Shown: positions 18,494-26,586 of the stretch, piece after piece | How positions within the stretch are numbered: the stretch's first letter is position 1 | Layout: each line of letters begins with the position of its first letter | Notes under the pieces: generated by a model | The model's input: only the letters and a program-made list of their open reading frames with translations | Database searches by the model: none | What the model was told of the DNA's origin: nothing | Program-made: the position numbers and the translations under genes | Assembly (NCBI GenBank): GCA_037139095.1 | Contig: JBAXHD010000008.1 | Span: 16,781 to 80,780 of the forward strand | DNA from: Actinomycetota bacterium | Lineage (GTDB): Bacteria; Actinomycetota; Acidimicrobiia; Acidimicrobiales; Ilumatobacteraceae | Direction: 5' to 3' | DNA: 64,000 nucleotides

Positions 18494-19330
18494 ATGCAAC
18501 TCGACCAAATCTGGCAGTACCCGGTGAAGTCGATGCGAGGCTCCAACGTCACCCACGGAGCGCTTGCAACCAACGGTGTCGTTGGCGATCGGATGTGGGC
18601 GCTGCGCGACGACCAACGTGGAGCAATTGCCAGCGCCCGCCGAATCAAGTCGCTCAGCCGTCTCGAAGCATCGTTCGACAGCGATGGCAACGGTGTCTCC
18701 GTTCGCCTTCCCGATGGATCAACAGTGTGCAATACCGACGCCGATGCCAACGCTCGCCTCAGCGCAGAACTTGACCATCAGGTGTCGCTATGGGCGAAAG
18801 AACCGATTTCGAACCTCGATCATTATCGACGCGGCCGTCCCGACAGCGACGACATGATGGCCGAACTCCGCTCGATCTTCGGACGCCTCGAGGACGAACC
18901 GCTCCCCGACCTGTCGATCTTCCCGCCGGAGATGCTCGAGTTCGAGTATCCGCCGGGCAACTACTTCGATTGCTACCCGTTGATGATCATGTCCACGTCG
19001 GCGCTTGCCGCACTGCGCGATGCGCTTCCCAACTCAGCCATCGATGAGCGGCGCTTTCGGCCATCGTTGGTCATCGACACCGGCGACGCAGTTGGTCATC
19101 CCGAGTTCAAGTGGGTCGGGCGCCGCCTTGCCATCGGCGGTGCCGAGGTGCAGATCCTTTCGGCGTGCCCGCGCTGTGCCGCTGTTGCCAATGAGTTCGC
19201 TCCCGAGCTCCCACGGGACTCTGAGGTGCTGCGCCACGTGGTGCGCGACCTCGATCAAAACGTGGGCGTGTACGCAACAGTGACGCGCGCCGCGCCAATC
19301 ACGATCGGTGACTCAGTCGAGTTCGTGTGA
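18494..19330 (+). CDS. MOSC domain-containing protein (MOSC_N beta-barrel plus MOSC)
   Basis: 278 aa. Has the typical N-terminus IWQYPVKSMRG, FRPSLVID, and the conserved Cys in ILSACPRCA. Confidence 0.85.
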   Translation: MQLDQIWQYPVKSMRGSNVTHGALATNGVVGDRMWALRDDQRGAIASARRIKSLSRLEASFDSDGNGVSVRLPDGSTVCNTDADANARLSAELDHQVSLWAKEPISNLDHYRRGRPDSDDMMAELRSIFGRLEDEPLPDLSIFPPEMLEFEYPPGNYFDCYPLMIMSTSALAALRDALPNSAIDERRFRPSLVIDTGDAVGHPEFKWVGRRLAIGGAEVQILSACPRCAAVANEFAPELPRDSEVLRHVVRDLDQNVGVYATVTRAAPITIGDSVEFV

Positions 19331-19540
19331 CCCTGATAGATCGTTGTCGGCGTCTATCGAACGCAGCAAATGTGCCGCTTTCTCTACCGCGCGGCGGGCC
19401 TGAGTAACTGCTCGTTCGGCGGCCGGACGTTTGCTGGCGCCGCCCCGAATGGCTTGGCTCAGTTCGGCGAGAGCCACTTCGGCAAGCTCTTCGGAGATGG
19501 CATCAAGGCGGTCGGCCAGTGTGTCGAACTGCTCGCTCAT
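19313..19540 (-). CDS. Hypothetical small helical protein (75 aa)
   Basis: Its start overlaps the glcF stop (ATGA at 19537-19540). Its 3' end overlaps the convergent MOSC gene by 18 nt. Alanine/glutamate-rich and predicted helical. Confidence 0.5.
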   Translation of the reverse strand: MSEQFDTLADRLDAISEELAEVALAELSQAIRGGASKRPAAERAVTQARRAVEKAAHLLRSIDADNDLSGSHELD

Positions 19541-20697
19541 GGCAACAAGTCGGCGACGATATCGAGTGGGTGCATCGTGACCACTGAGGCGGCCGCAAGG
19601 TGCATGGCGCAGCCTGGGTTAGCGCTGGCAACCACAGTTGCTTGCGATGCCGATGTAGCACGCGCGATTGCTGCAAGCTTGCGGTCGCGTATCTGGCCGG
19701 CGAGCTCGGGCTGAAGCGCCGAGTAAGCGCCGCCAGCGCCGCAGCACAATCCGTCGTCGTCGAGCTCGACAATGTCGGCGTAACGGCCAAGCACTGTGCG
19801 CACTGGCATGTGCGCTTTTTGCACGTGGCGCAGATGGCACGGGTCTTGCACGATGATGCTTGGCCGGGCTCGGGTTGGGTCGGCGGCGGGCAACGAGTGG
19901 AGCCTGTCGGCAAGCCACTCGTGTACGTCGAGCACGCGTGACGAAAACGTGCGCGCTTCATCGGTGTCGAGTAGATGCCCGTAGTCCTTCATGGCCGCGC
20001 CGCAGCCTGCCGAGTTGACCAACACTGGTGAGTCGCCGGGCATGCTCGCCATGGTGCGGATAGCCAGACGTTGTGCCTGCGATGTGAGGCCCGCGTGTGA
20101 GTGCAAAGCTCCACAGCATTCGCCTCCCTTGGCAGCCACCGCGCAGGTGGCTCCGGTGGACTCGATGACGCGTTGCGTGGCGCGATGTGTGGGCCGCTGC
20201 CACGCGTCCATCACGCATCCGGTGAATACGTACACGTCGGTACCGGTGGGCTTGAGCGCCGGGCCTCGACGCAATGCAAGTTTGGTGAGTCCAGCGCGCT
20301 TGGGCACCAGATGCAGTCGTTGGGCCACGGCGATAAGCGAAGAGCCCACGAGCAGCAACCGATGATGAGCGAGCGCACGGAACGCGAGGCGCTGCCAGCG
20401 CGGTGTGCTGCGATGGTGAGCGGCCAGTGACTCACGCGTGTCTTCGATGAGATGCCCGTAGTTCACGCCAGATGGGCACGCCGGTTCGCATCCGCGGCAC
20501 TGCACGCACGTTTCCATGAACCCAATAAACGCGTCGTCTACCGGGGCGTCTTCGTAGATGACCGTGCGCATCGCCGCAATGCGGCCGCGAGGCGACAAGC
20601 TCTCTTCGCCAGTAGCGCGGTATGTGGGGCAATGTGGCAGGCATAGGCCACAGCCCACACAACTCGCTAGTTCGGCTTTGTTGAGCTGTAGCTTCAT
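19537..20697 (-). CDS. glcF: Glycolate oxidase iron-sulfur subunit (GlcF-like (Fe-S)-binding protein)
   Basis: Start at Met23 of ORF 19537..20763. Two ferredoxin motifs (CVGCGLCLPHCP and CVQCRGCEPACP) are followed by two cysteine-rich CCG-type domains. Confidence 0.85.
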   Translation of the reverse strand: MKLQLNKAELASCVGCGLCLPHCPTYRATGEESLSPRGRIAAMRTVIYEDAPVDDAFIGFMETCVQCRGCEPACPSGVNYGHLIEDTRESLAAHHRSTPRWQRLAFRALAHHRLLLVGSSLIAVAQRLHLVPKRAGLTKLALRRGPALKPTGTDVYVFTGCVMDAWQRPTHRATQRVIESTGATCAVAAKGGECCGALHSHAGLTSQAQRLAIRTMASMPGDSPVLVNSAGCGAAMKDYGHLLDTDEARTFSSRVLDVHEWLADRLHSLPAADPTRARPSIIVQDPCHLRHVQKAHMPVRTVLGRYADIVELDDDGLCCGAGGAYSALQPELAGQIRDRKLAAIARATSASQATVVASANPGCAMHLAAASVVTMHPLDIVADLLP

Positions 20698-20746
20698 CAA
20701 CGCTTCACCGTAGTTGCCCGATACCAGTTGAGAGACATACGAACGC

Positions 20747-21544
20747 ATGCCCGAAGGCCACACAGTCCACCGAATCGCTCGGGATCATGGCCGACTCCTT
20801 GTCGGCGAGTCGCTGCGGATCACATCGCCTCAGGGTCGATTCGCTGCCGATGCCGCCCGGGTTGATGGACAGGTACTCACTGATCTCGAAGCAGTTGGAA
20901 AGCATCTTTTTTATTGGTTCGCGAGCGGCGACATCGGCCATGTGCACCTCGGTCTCTTCGGAAAGTTTCGGGTGGCCAAGGGTCCAGTGGCCCCCGACGT
21001 TGTTGGCATGGTGAGAATGCGAATGCAATCGCGCAACGCCACCATCGATCTTGCCGGTCCCACCGAATGCTCGATTGGCACGCTCGATGATCGCGCCAAG
21101 ATCCTCAAACGACTCGGACCTGACCCGCTGGGCAAACAGGCCGACTCAGAGCTGGCCATCACGCGGATGGGTAAGTCGAAGCAGGCCCTTGGCGCAGTGC
21201 TGCTTGATCAAGCAGTGCTCTGCGGGGTGGGCAACGTATATCGCGCCGAGGCGTTGTTCGTGTGCGGCATACATCCGTCACGTCTTGGTCTCGCACTGAG
21301 CCGCCACGAGTTGCAGATGTTGTGGGACACGGTGGTCGCAATGCTTCGTCAAGGCGTGAAAGACAATCGCATCATCACCGTGGGCCCGGAACACCTCACC
21401 CGCGTCAAGGGTCGAGCATTTCGCCGAGGAGAAGCCACGTTCGTGTATCACCGCGACCGTTGCCTGCGCTGCGACACGCCAATTCAGACGGTTGAGCTTG
21501 CTGGTCGGCCCTGTTACTTCTGCCCGACCTGCCAGCCGCGCTGA
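20747..21544 (+). CDS. nei: Fpg/Nei-family DNA glycosylase (endonuclease VIII-like)
   Basis: 265 aa. Has the MPEGHTVHR N-terminus, an H2TH region (LLDQAVLCGVGNVYRAEALF) and a C-terminal zinc finger CLRC...CPTC. Confidence 0.85.
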   Translation: MPEGHTVHRIARDHGRLLVGESLRITSPQGRFAADAARVDGQVLTDLEAVGKHLFYWFASGDIGHVHLGLFGKFRVAKGPVAPDVVGMVRMRMQSRNATIDLAGPTECSIGTLDDRAKILKRLGPDPLGKQADSELAITRMGKSKQALGAVLLDQAVLCGVGNVYRAEALFVCGIHPSRLGLALSRHELQMLWDTVVAMLRQGVKDNRIITVGPEHLTRVKGRAFRRGEATFVYHRDRCLRCDTPIQTVELAGRPCYFCPTCQPR

Positions 21545-21669
21545 TTCTTTTGTGTCAAGAAATTGTGTAGATCTTGCGTTTGGTGTTCACATGACGATTC
21601 TTTTTCGCTGAGGGAAAGTATTTTTCGACGGTCTGGTCGTGGCGGCCAGAGTCGAAAGGGCGAAGACAC
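21545..21669 (+). promoter_or_regulatory. AT-rich intergenic region upstream of the collagen-like repeat protein
   Basis: Hand count of 21541-21600 gives 23/60 G+C (38%), against about 60% in neighbouring coding lines. I cannot assign a specific -10/-35. Confidence 0.3.
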
Positions 21670-23469
21670 ATGTTCGGTGATCGGTTTGCAAAGTCAGCCA
21701 TGCGTTCGAGGTGGGCGGCAATTGGAGCCGCAGTAGCGGTGGCGTTTGGCGCTGGCGGCGTCGGATGGGTCGCTCATGCGACATCGGGCGCCTCGATCTC
21801 GTCGCTCGTCAATATTGCACCGTGTCGTCTGTTCGATACTCGCGGCGGCGGAGACACCGTGGGCGACCGGTCGACACCGCTTGGATCGGGCGAAACATTT
21901 GACCGGCAAGTGTGGGGCACCAATGGCGACTGCACAATCCCGTCGACTGCAACCGGCATTTCGTACAACCTCACTGTGCCTGACCCCATCGTTACTGGAT
22001 TCGTGAAGATCTATCCGGGCGACGCCGCCGTCCCGAACGCCAGCGCAATCAACCCGTCGGCTCTCTTGGGCACCAAGGCAAATGGCGGCATCGTCGGCCT
22101 GTCGGCTTCGGGCAGCATCAAGTTGTTCAACCAGGTCGGACCGCTGAACGCAATTCTTGACATCACCGGATACTTCGTTGGGGTCACGCCCGGCACCGCT
22201 GGCGCCCCTGGCGCGCTCGGTACGAACGGAACCAATGGAACGAACGGAACGAACGGCACCAACGGCACCAACGGCACGCCTGGAACCAATGGCACCAACG
22301 GCACCAACGGGACAAACGGCCTCGATGGCGTCAATGGTGTGAGCGGAGCCCAGTACGGCCGCGACATCGCCGCGGTTTCGGCGGTTGTGGCCGGGTCGCC
22401 CGGCGCCACGCCCAATGATGTGTCGATCACCGTGGGGGCCGATGGGTTCCCAGTGTTGGCGTTCCTTGTGCCCAACGATCCCCTGTTGCCGTTGAACGGC
22501 GAGTTGACCATCGTGAAGTGTCTCGACCCTGCATGCAACGCTCCTGTATTGCCAGTGGGCACGAGCTACACCGGATTACTGACTCATCTCACGTCCATAT
22601 CGATTGGCTCCGATGGAAACCCGGTGGTGGCATTCAGCGACACCCTTGGAGCGCTCAGTGTTACAAAGTGCGCTACGCCGAACTGCGTCAGCTTCGGACC
22701 CGCCCAGACGCTCGACCTCATCGCTGCGCTCGATCCGTCGATCACTGTCGGTGCTGATGGAAACCCAATCGTGTCGTACTACGACTCGTTGAATACATCG
22801 CTGAAAGTGGCACATTGTGCCGATGTGGACTGCCTTGTCGTAGACACACCGGTCACCGTTGACCCTGCCGTGGCAGATCCCACGGTGGACGCTGGGTCCT
22901 TTTCCTCGATCACGATTGGTGCCGATGGGAACCCTGTGATCTCGTATTACGACTTCGCCGGCTCTGTAAAGCTCGTGAAGTGCAGCGACGCTACCTGCGG
23001 CACGTACAGAGCTCCGGTCACGCTTGACGCATCAGCGCTTGGCAACACCTCAATTGCTATTGGTGTCGACGCCAATCCAGTGATCTCGTACGCCGATTTG
23101 AATAGCACGGCGCTGAAGGTTGTTCATTGCAGCAATCAAGCTTGCTCTGCTGCGGTTACGCCGGTCATCTTGGATGCCGCTGCCGGCGCAGTGTTCACAA
23201 CGTCATTGGCCATTAGCGCCGACGGCAATCCGTACGTGAGCTACACCAGTGGCGGCGACCTGAAGGTTGTCCGCTGCACGAACGTAGCGTGCACCACCAC
23301 GAAGGCACCGCTCACCGTGGACGCTACGGGTGGTGTTGGATCGCAGGCGATGACGATCGGCAGCGACGCCAACCCGGTGCTCGCATATGTTGACTCGGCT
23401 GTGACAGGCGACGTGAATGTGGCCAAGCTGACCCACAGCTCGTGGACTCCATACGGCTGGGGCCGCTAA
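21670..23469 (+). CDS. Secreted multidomain protein: signal peptide, actinobacterial lectin-like domain, collagen-like (GTN)n stalk and seven Cx4C repeat modules
   Basis: 599 aa. Signal-like segment MRSRWAAIGAAVAVAFGAGGVGWVAHA (the start may be 21700). The CRLFDTR...ILDITGYF domain recurs in many actinobacterial surface proteins. There are 18 G-X-Y triplets at aa 175-228, followed by 7 repeats of IGxDGNPVISY.D....LKVV.Cx4C. Confidence 0.8.
   Translation: MFGDRFAKSAMRSRWAAIGAAVAVAFGAGGVGWVAHATSGASISSLVNIAPCRLFDTRGGGDTVGDRSTPLGSGETFDRQVWGTNGDCTIPSTATGISYNLTVPDPIVTGFVKIYPGDAAVPNASAINPSALLGTKANGGIVGLSASGSIKLFNQVGPLNAILDITGYFVGVTPGTAGAPGALGTNGTNGTNGTNGTNGTNGTPGTNGTNGTNGTNGLDGVNGVSGAQYGRDIAAVSAVVAGSPGATPNDVSITVGADGFPVLAFLVPNDPLLPLNGELTIVKCLDPACNAPVLPVGTSYTGLLTHLTSISIGSDGNPVVAFSDTLGALSVTKCATPNCVSFGPAQTLDLIAALDPSITVGADGNPIVSYYDSLNTSLKVAHCADVDCLVVDTPVTVDPAVADPTVDAGSFSSITIGADGNPVISYYDFAGSVKLVKCSDATCGTYRAPVTLDASALGNTSIAIGVDANPVISYADLNSTALKVVHCSNQACSAAVTPVILDAAAGAVFTTSLAISADGNPYVSYTSGGDLKVVRCTNVACTTTKAPLTVDATGGVGSQAMTIGSDANPVLAYVDSAVTGDVNVAKLTHSSWTPYGWGR
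22219..22317 (+). repeat. Eleven tandem 9-bp units (GGN ACN AAY; one unit is GGC ACG CCT) encoding (Gly-Thr-Asn)n
   Basis: Read directly and in frame with the ORF: ggtacgaac ggaaccaat ggaacgaac ggaacgaac ggcaccaac ggcaccaac ggcacgcct ggaaccaat ggcaccaac ggcaccaac gggacaaac. Confidence 0.9.
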
Positions 23470-23481
23470 CTTGAGCCAGAT

Positions 23482-24357
23482 CTACGCGCTGAGCGGCTCA
23501 ACCCCAGGGTTGAGCCGCAGCGTCGGATCAAACTCGTGTTTGAGACGCTTGTGGAGCGCAGCGATTGCCGCATCGGCCTTTCGAGGCTGAGCGGCATCGC
23601 TGCGGTGCACAACGCCAATACCAATCTCGGCCACAAACGGTGTGCTGATCGACATTGATCGCAACGTAGATGGCGCGACCGACCATCGATGCGCCGTAGG
23701 CAACGACGGCGGACCGTCGACCGGTGCTAATCCCGCTAGGGCCGCCTGCTCGGCGACATCGGCGCCGTGGCCTTCGAGGAGCACCCATGTGGTGGTGCCG
23801 TCCCAGAGAACGCTCACAGGGCGATACAGCGTGGCGAAGGTAACCCACGGATCGACCGAGGTAGAGAACCACTGCGACACAGCAGCCAGCGGCCGGGTGC
23901 GAAGAATCACGTGCCCGAGAAAGCCCAATGTGCCCTGCGAGCCCACCAGCAACCGACACAGATCGAAACCCGACACGTTCTTCACGGTTGGCCCGCCAGC
24001 TTTCACCACGACACCCGCAGCCGACACGTAATGAGCTTGCAACAACGCATCGCGAAGAGGTCCGTAGCCGAGTCGGCGAATGTCGCTGAGGCCACGAGCC
24101 AACGCGCCGCCCACAGTTCCGGATGCGGGCAGTGACACGCATTGGCCAACAGCGGCCAACGCCTCGTTGAGTTCGACGACGGGTGTACCTGCGCCGCAAT
24201 GCACGATCATCTCATCAGCTTGAATCGATTCGATTCCGCTGGGCGCAGCAACAACGCGGCACCCGGCCACGGGCCCGCCACGCGTAGAGAGTCCGGAGAT
24301 TGTGACATCGCCGTCGTTGATGCCACCGACCTCGCTGGCGAAGGCTGTCAGATCCAT
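23482..24357 (-). CDS. glcE: Glycolate oxidase FAD-binding subunit GlcE-like
   Basis: Start at Met12 of ORF 23482..24390, overlapping the glcD stop by 10 nt. The FAD_binding_4-like fold lacks the C-terminal oxidase domain, as in GlcE. Confidence 0.8.
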   Translation of the reverse strand: MDLTAFASEVGGINDGDVTISGLSTRGGPVAGCRVVAAPSGIESIQADEMIVHCGAGTPVVELNEALAAVGQCVSLPASGTVGGALARGLSDIRRLGYGPLRDALLQAHYVSAAGVVVKAGGPTVKNVSGFDLCRLLVGSQGTLGFLGHVILRTRPLAAVSQWFSTSVDPWVTFATLYRPVSVLWDGTTTWVLLEGHGADVAEQAALAGLAPVDGPPSLPTAHRWSVAPSTLRSMSISTPFVAEIGIGVVHRSDAAQPRKADAAIAALHKRLKHEFDPTLRLNPGVEPLSA

Positions 24358-25766
24358 GCGCCCTCCGGAACGTGATGCACGTCGCCACAACCCGATGCAC
24401 TGGGCAAGACCTTGGTTGGGTTAGCAAGCGCGGTGGGGTCGAATGCCCGGCGCATTGCTGCCTGTGCTTCGAGATCTGCTGCGGCGAACATCAGCGGCAT
24501 GAGGTCGCGCTTTTCAAGACCGATGCCATGTTCGCCACTGAGCACTCCCCCAGCGGCAATCGACACGCGCACGATCTCTTCGCCGGCAGCATGCACGCGC
24601 TCCATGATTCCGGGCTCACGCTTGTCGAAGATCAACAGCGGATGCAGGTTGCCGTCGCCGGCATGGAACACGTTCATCACCAGCAGATCGTGGCGCTTGG
24701 CGATCTCGTACACGTGCTTGAGCACCTCGGGCAGCTTGCGCCTTGGCACCACGGTGTCGTGCAAGTAGTAGTTGGGCTTGATGCGGGCGATGGCGCCGAA
24801 GGCGGTCTTTCGGCCCTTCCAGAGCAAGGCCCGCTCGGCTTCGTCTTGGGCCACTCGCACGGTGCGCGCCCCGTGCGATTTGGCGATGGCGATAATGCGT
24901 TCGACTTGGTCATGAAGGCCGTGCGGTAATCCGGCGACCTCGACCAACAAGATGGCCGCTGCATCAACCGGTAGCCCAGCGTGGATGTAGTCCTCTACTG
25001 CTTGGGTGCACAACTGATCCATCATCTCGAGCGCCGCTGGCACCATGCCGTCGGCGATGATTGCGCTCACGGTTTCGGCGCCGTCGTCGACGCGGTTGAA
25101 ATCGAACAGCATCGTGCGAACCGTTGGCGCGTTTTGAGTGAGGCGCACGCAGATCTTGGTGGCAATACCGAACATGCCCTCGCTGCCTACGAATGCGCCG
25201 CGCAGGTCGAGGCCATCTGGGTCGGGGTCTTCGCCGCCGAGGGTGACAATGTCGCCTTCGGGGAGCACCACTTCGAGCGCCACAATGTGTGCCGCTGTAA
25301 CGCCGTCGGCTAGGCAGTGCGGACCGCCGGAGTTGTTAGCCACGTTGCCGCCGATGGTGCAGCTTTGTTGGCTGCTCGGGTCTGGGGCGAAGTGCAGTCC
25401 GAGGTGTGCAACGGCCTTGGTGAGGTCGAGGTTCAACAGGCCGGGCTCTATCCATGCTTGGCGATTCTCAGCGTCGACCGACAGCAGGCGATCCATCTTG
25501 GCAAGCGAGATCACAACGGCACCATCGAGTGGGATGGCCCCACCCGCTAGACCTGTGCCACTACCCCGCGCCACATAGGGCTTGTTGTGTCGAATGCACG
25601 CCCGGATAACGCTCTGCACCTCGGCGGTTGTTGTTGGGAAACACACGATCGACGCGTCGCCGGAGAAATTTGAGGCGTCGCGCCGATACAGGCTCACCTC
25701 GGCGGCGCCCACGCGCACACGGTCGGGAGCCATTGCCCGACGCAGATCGTCGGCAAGCGTTGTCAT
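24348..25766 (-). CDS. glcD: FAD-linked oxidase, glycolate oxidase subunit GlcD / D-lactate dehydrogenase family
   Basis: 472 aa. Contains ARGSGTGLAGGA and SGEHGIGLEKR, with FAD_binding_4 plus FAD-oxidase_C architecture. Confidence 0.9.
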   Translation of the reverse strand: MTTLADDLRRAMAPDRVRVGAAEVSLYRRDASNFSGDASIVCFPTTTAEVQSVIRACIRHNKPYVARGSGTGLAGGAIPLDGAVVISLAKMDRLLSVDAENRQAWIEPGLLNLDLTKAVAHLGLHFAPDPSSQQSCTIGGNVANNSGGPHCLADGVTAAHIVALEVVLPEGDIVTLGGEDPDPDGLDLRGAFVGSEGMFGIATKICVRLTQNAPTVRTMLFDFNRVDDGAETVSAIIADGMVPAALEMMDQLCTQAVEDYIHAGLPVDAAAILLVEVAGLPHGLHDQVERIIAIAKSHGARTVRVAQDEAERALLWKGRKTAFGAIARIKPNYYLHDTVVPRRKLPEVLKHVYEIAKRHDLLVMNVFHAGDGNLHPLLIFDKREPGIMERVHAAGEEIVRVSIAAGGVLSGEHGIGLEKRDLMPLMFAAADLEAQAAMRRAFDPTALANPTKVLPSASGCGDVHHVPEGAWI

Positions 25767-26149
25767 GCGCCGCGTCGCGTGCGGCGAGCATTTCGACTGT
25801 GGCCCTCATCGTTTGCATCGCGAACCTGGCGCAGCACGATGATCTGCCCCGGCTCTACGGGCTTGCCGTCGACCAAGACCTGATCACTTGAGCCGAGTTC
25901 GTCGGCGGTCTCGAAGGTTCCGTCGCGGCGGGCAATGAGCTCGGCTTCTTTGCTCTGCATCGCGCTGCGGCCATCGCGGAGCGCTTCGCTGACATCGAGG
26001 CGTCGCTCGCGCAGGCGAGCCCGGGCCGACTTCACGACATTGGATGGCGTGAGGTGCGAGGCGGTGGCCTTCACCTTCTTCTTTGCGTATCCAACGCCAG
26101 CGACACCCGCCAGCGCGCCACTGATGAACCAGCTCAGCCGTTTGATCAT
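25763..26149 (-). CDS. Hypothetical membrane-anchored protein (128 aa)
   Basis: N-terminal TM WFISGALAGVAGVGYA followed by a charged helical region. Has 4-nt overlaps at both ends. Confidence 0.6.
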   Translation of the reverse strand: MIKRLSWFISGALAGVAGVGYAKKKVKATASHLTPSNVVKSARARLRERRLDVSEALRDGRSAMQSKEAELIARRDGTFETADELGSSDQVLVDGKPVEPGQIIVLRQVRDANDEGHSRNARRTRRGA

Positions 26150-26586
26150 CTCGGGACTCCGGTGATGCTGTGGCGCTTTGAGCTGCGCTCGGCTTTGTTC
26201 GTTGCTTTGTGGTCGACGCGGCGCAGGCGACGCCAGGCGCGGTTGGTGCCCGTAGCGATGCCCGCAACCTTGATCACCGGTACCGATAACGCTGCACGAG
26301 CAACGCGGCCTCCGCCGGATACGGCATCGCTAATGGCCTCGGCTGAGCCCAACACCCGGTCGAAGCGATCGAGATCGTGACGTGCCTCGGCCATCGTGGC
26401 GCGTGCCTCGTCGGTAGAGAGCTGCAACTCGGCGAGCAGCGGGCGGGTCTCGGCGCGCAGAGATTCGACCTCACCGCGCAGCGACTTGAGCGTGTCGAGC
26501 ACACGCAGCAACACAACAATGAGCGCCGCGAAGCCAATGGAGCACAGCACCGTGGCGAGCACAACAGCGAGTTCGCCCGCTGTCAT
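26146..26586 (-). CDS. DUF948-like membrane-anchored coiled-coil protein
   Basis: 146 aa. N-terminal TM LAVVLATVLCSIGFAALIVVLL followed by a heptad-like LRGEVESLRAETRPLLAELQ region, the layout of DUF948. Confidence 0.65.
   Translation of the reverse strand: MTAGELAVVLATVLCSIGFAALIVVLLRVLDTLKSLRGEVESLRAETRPLLAELQLSTDEARATMAEARHDLDRFDRVLGSAEAISDAVSGGGRVARAALSVPVIKVAGIATGTNRAWRRLRRVDHKATNKAERSSKRHSITGVPR

Noticed and set aside
22192-22353. Possible CRISPR-like or non-coding satellite repeat.
   Set aside because: The 9-bp units are contiguous with no spacers. They are in frame within a long ORF and encode G-X-Y triplets, so this is a coding collagen-like repeat.
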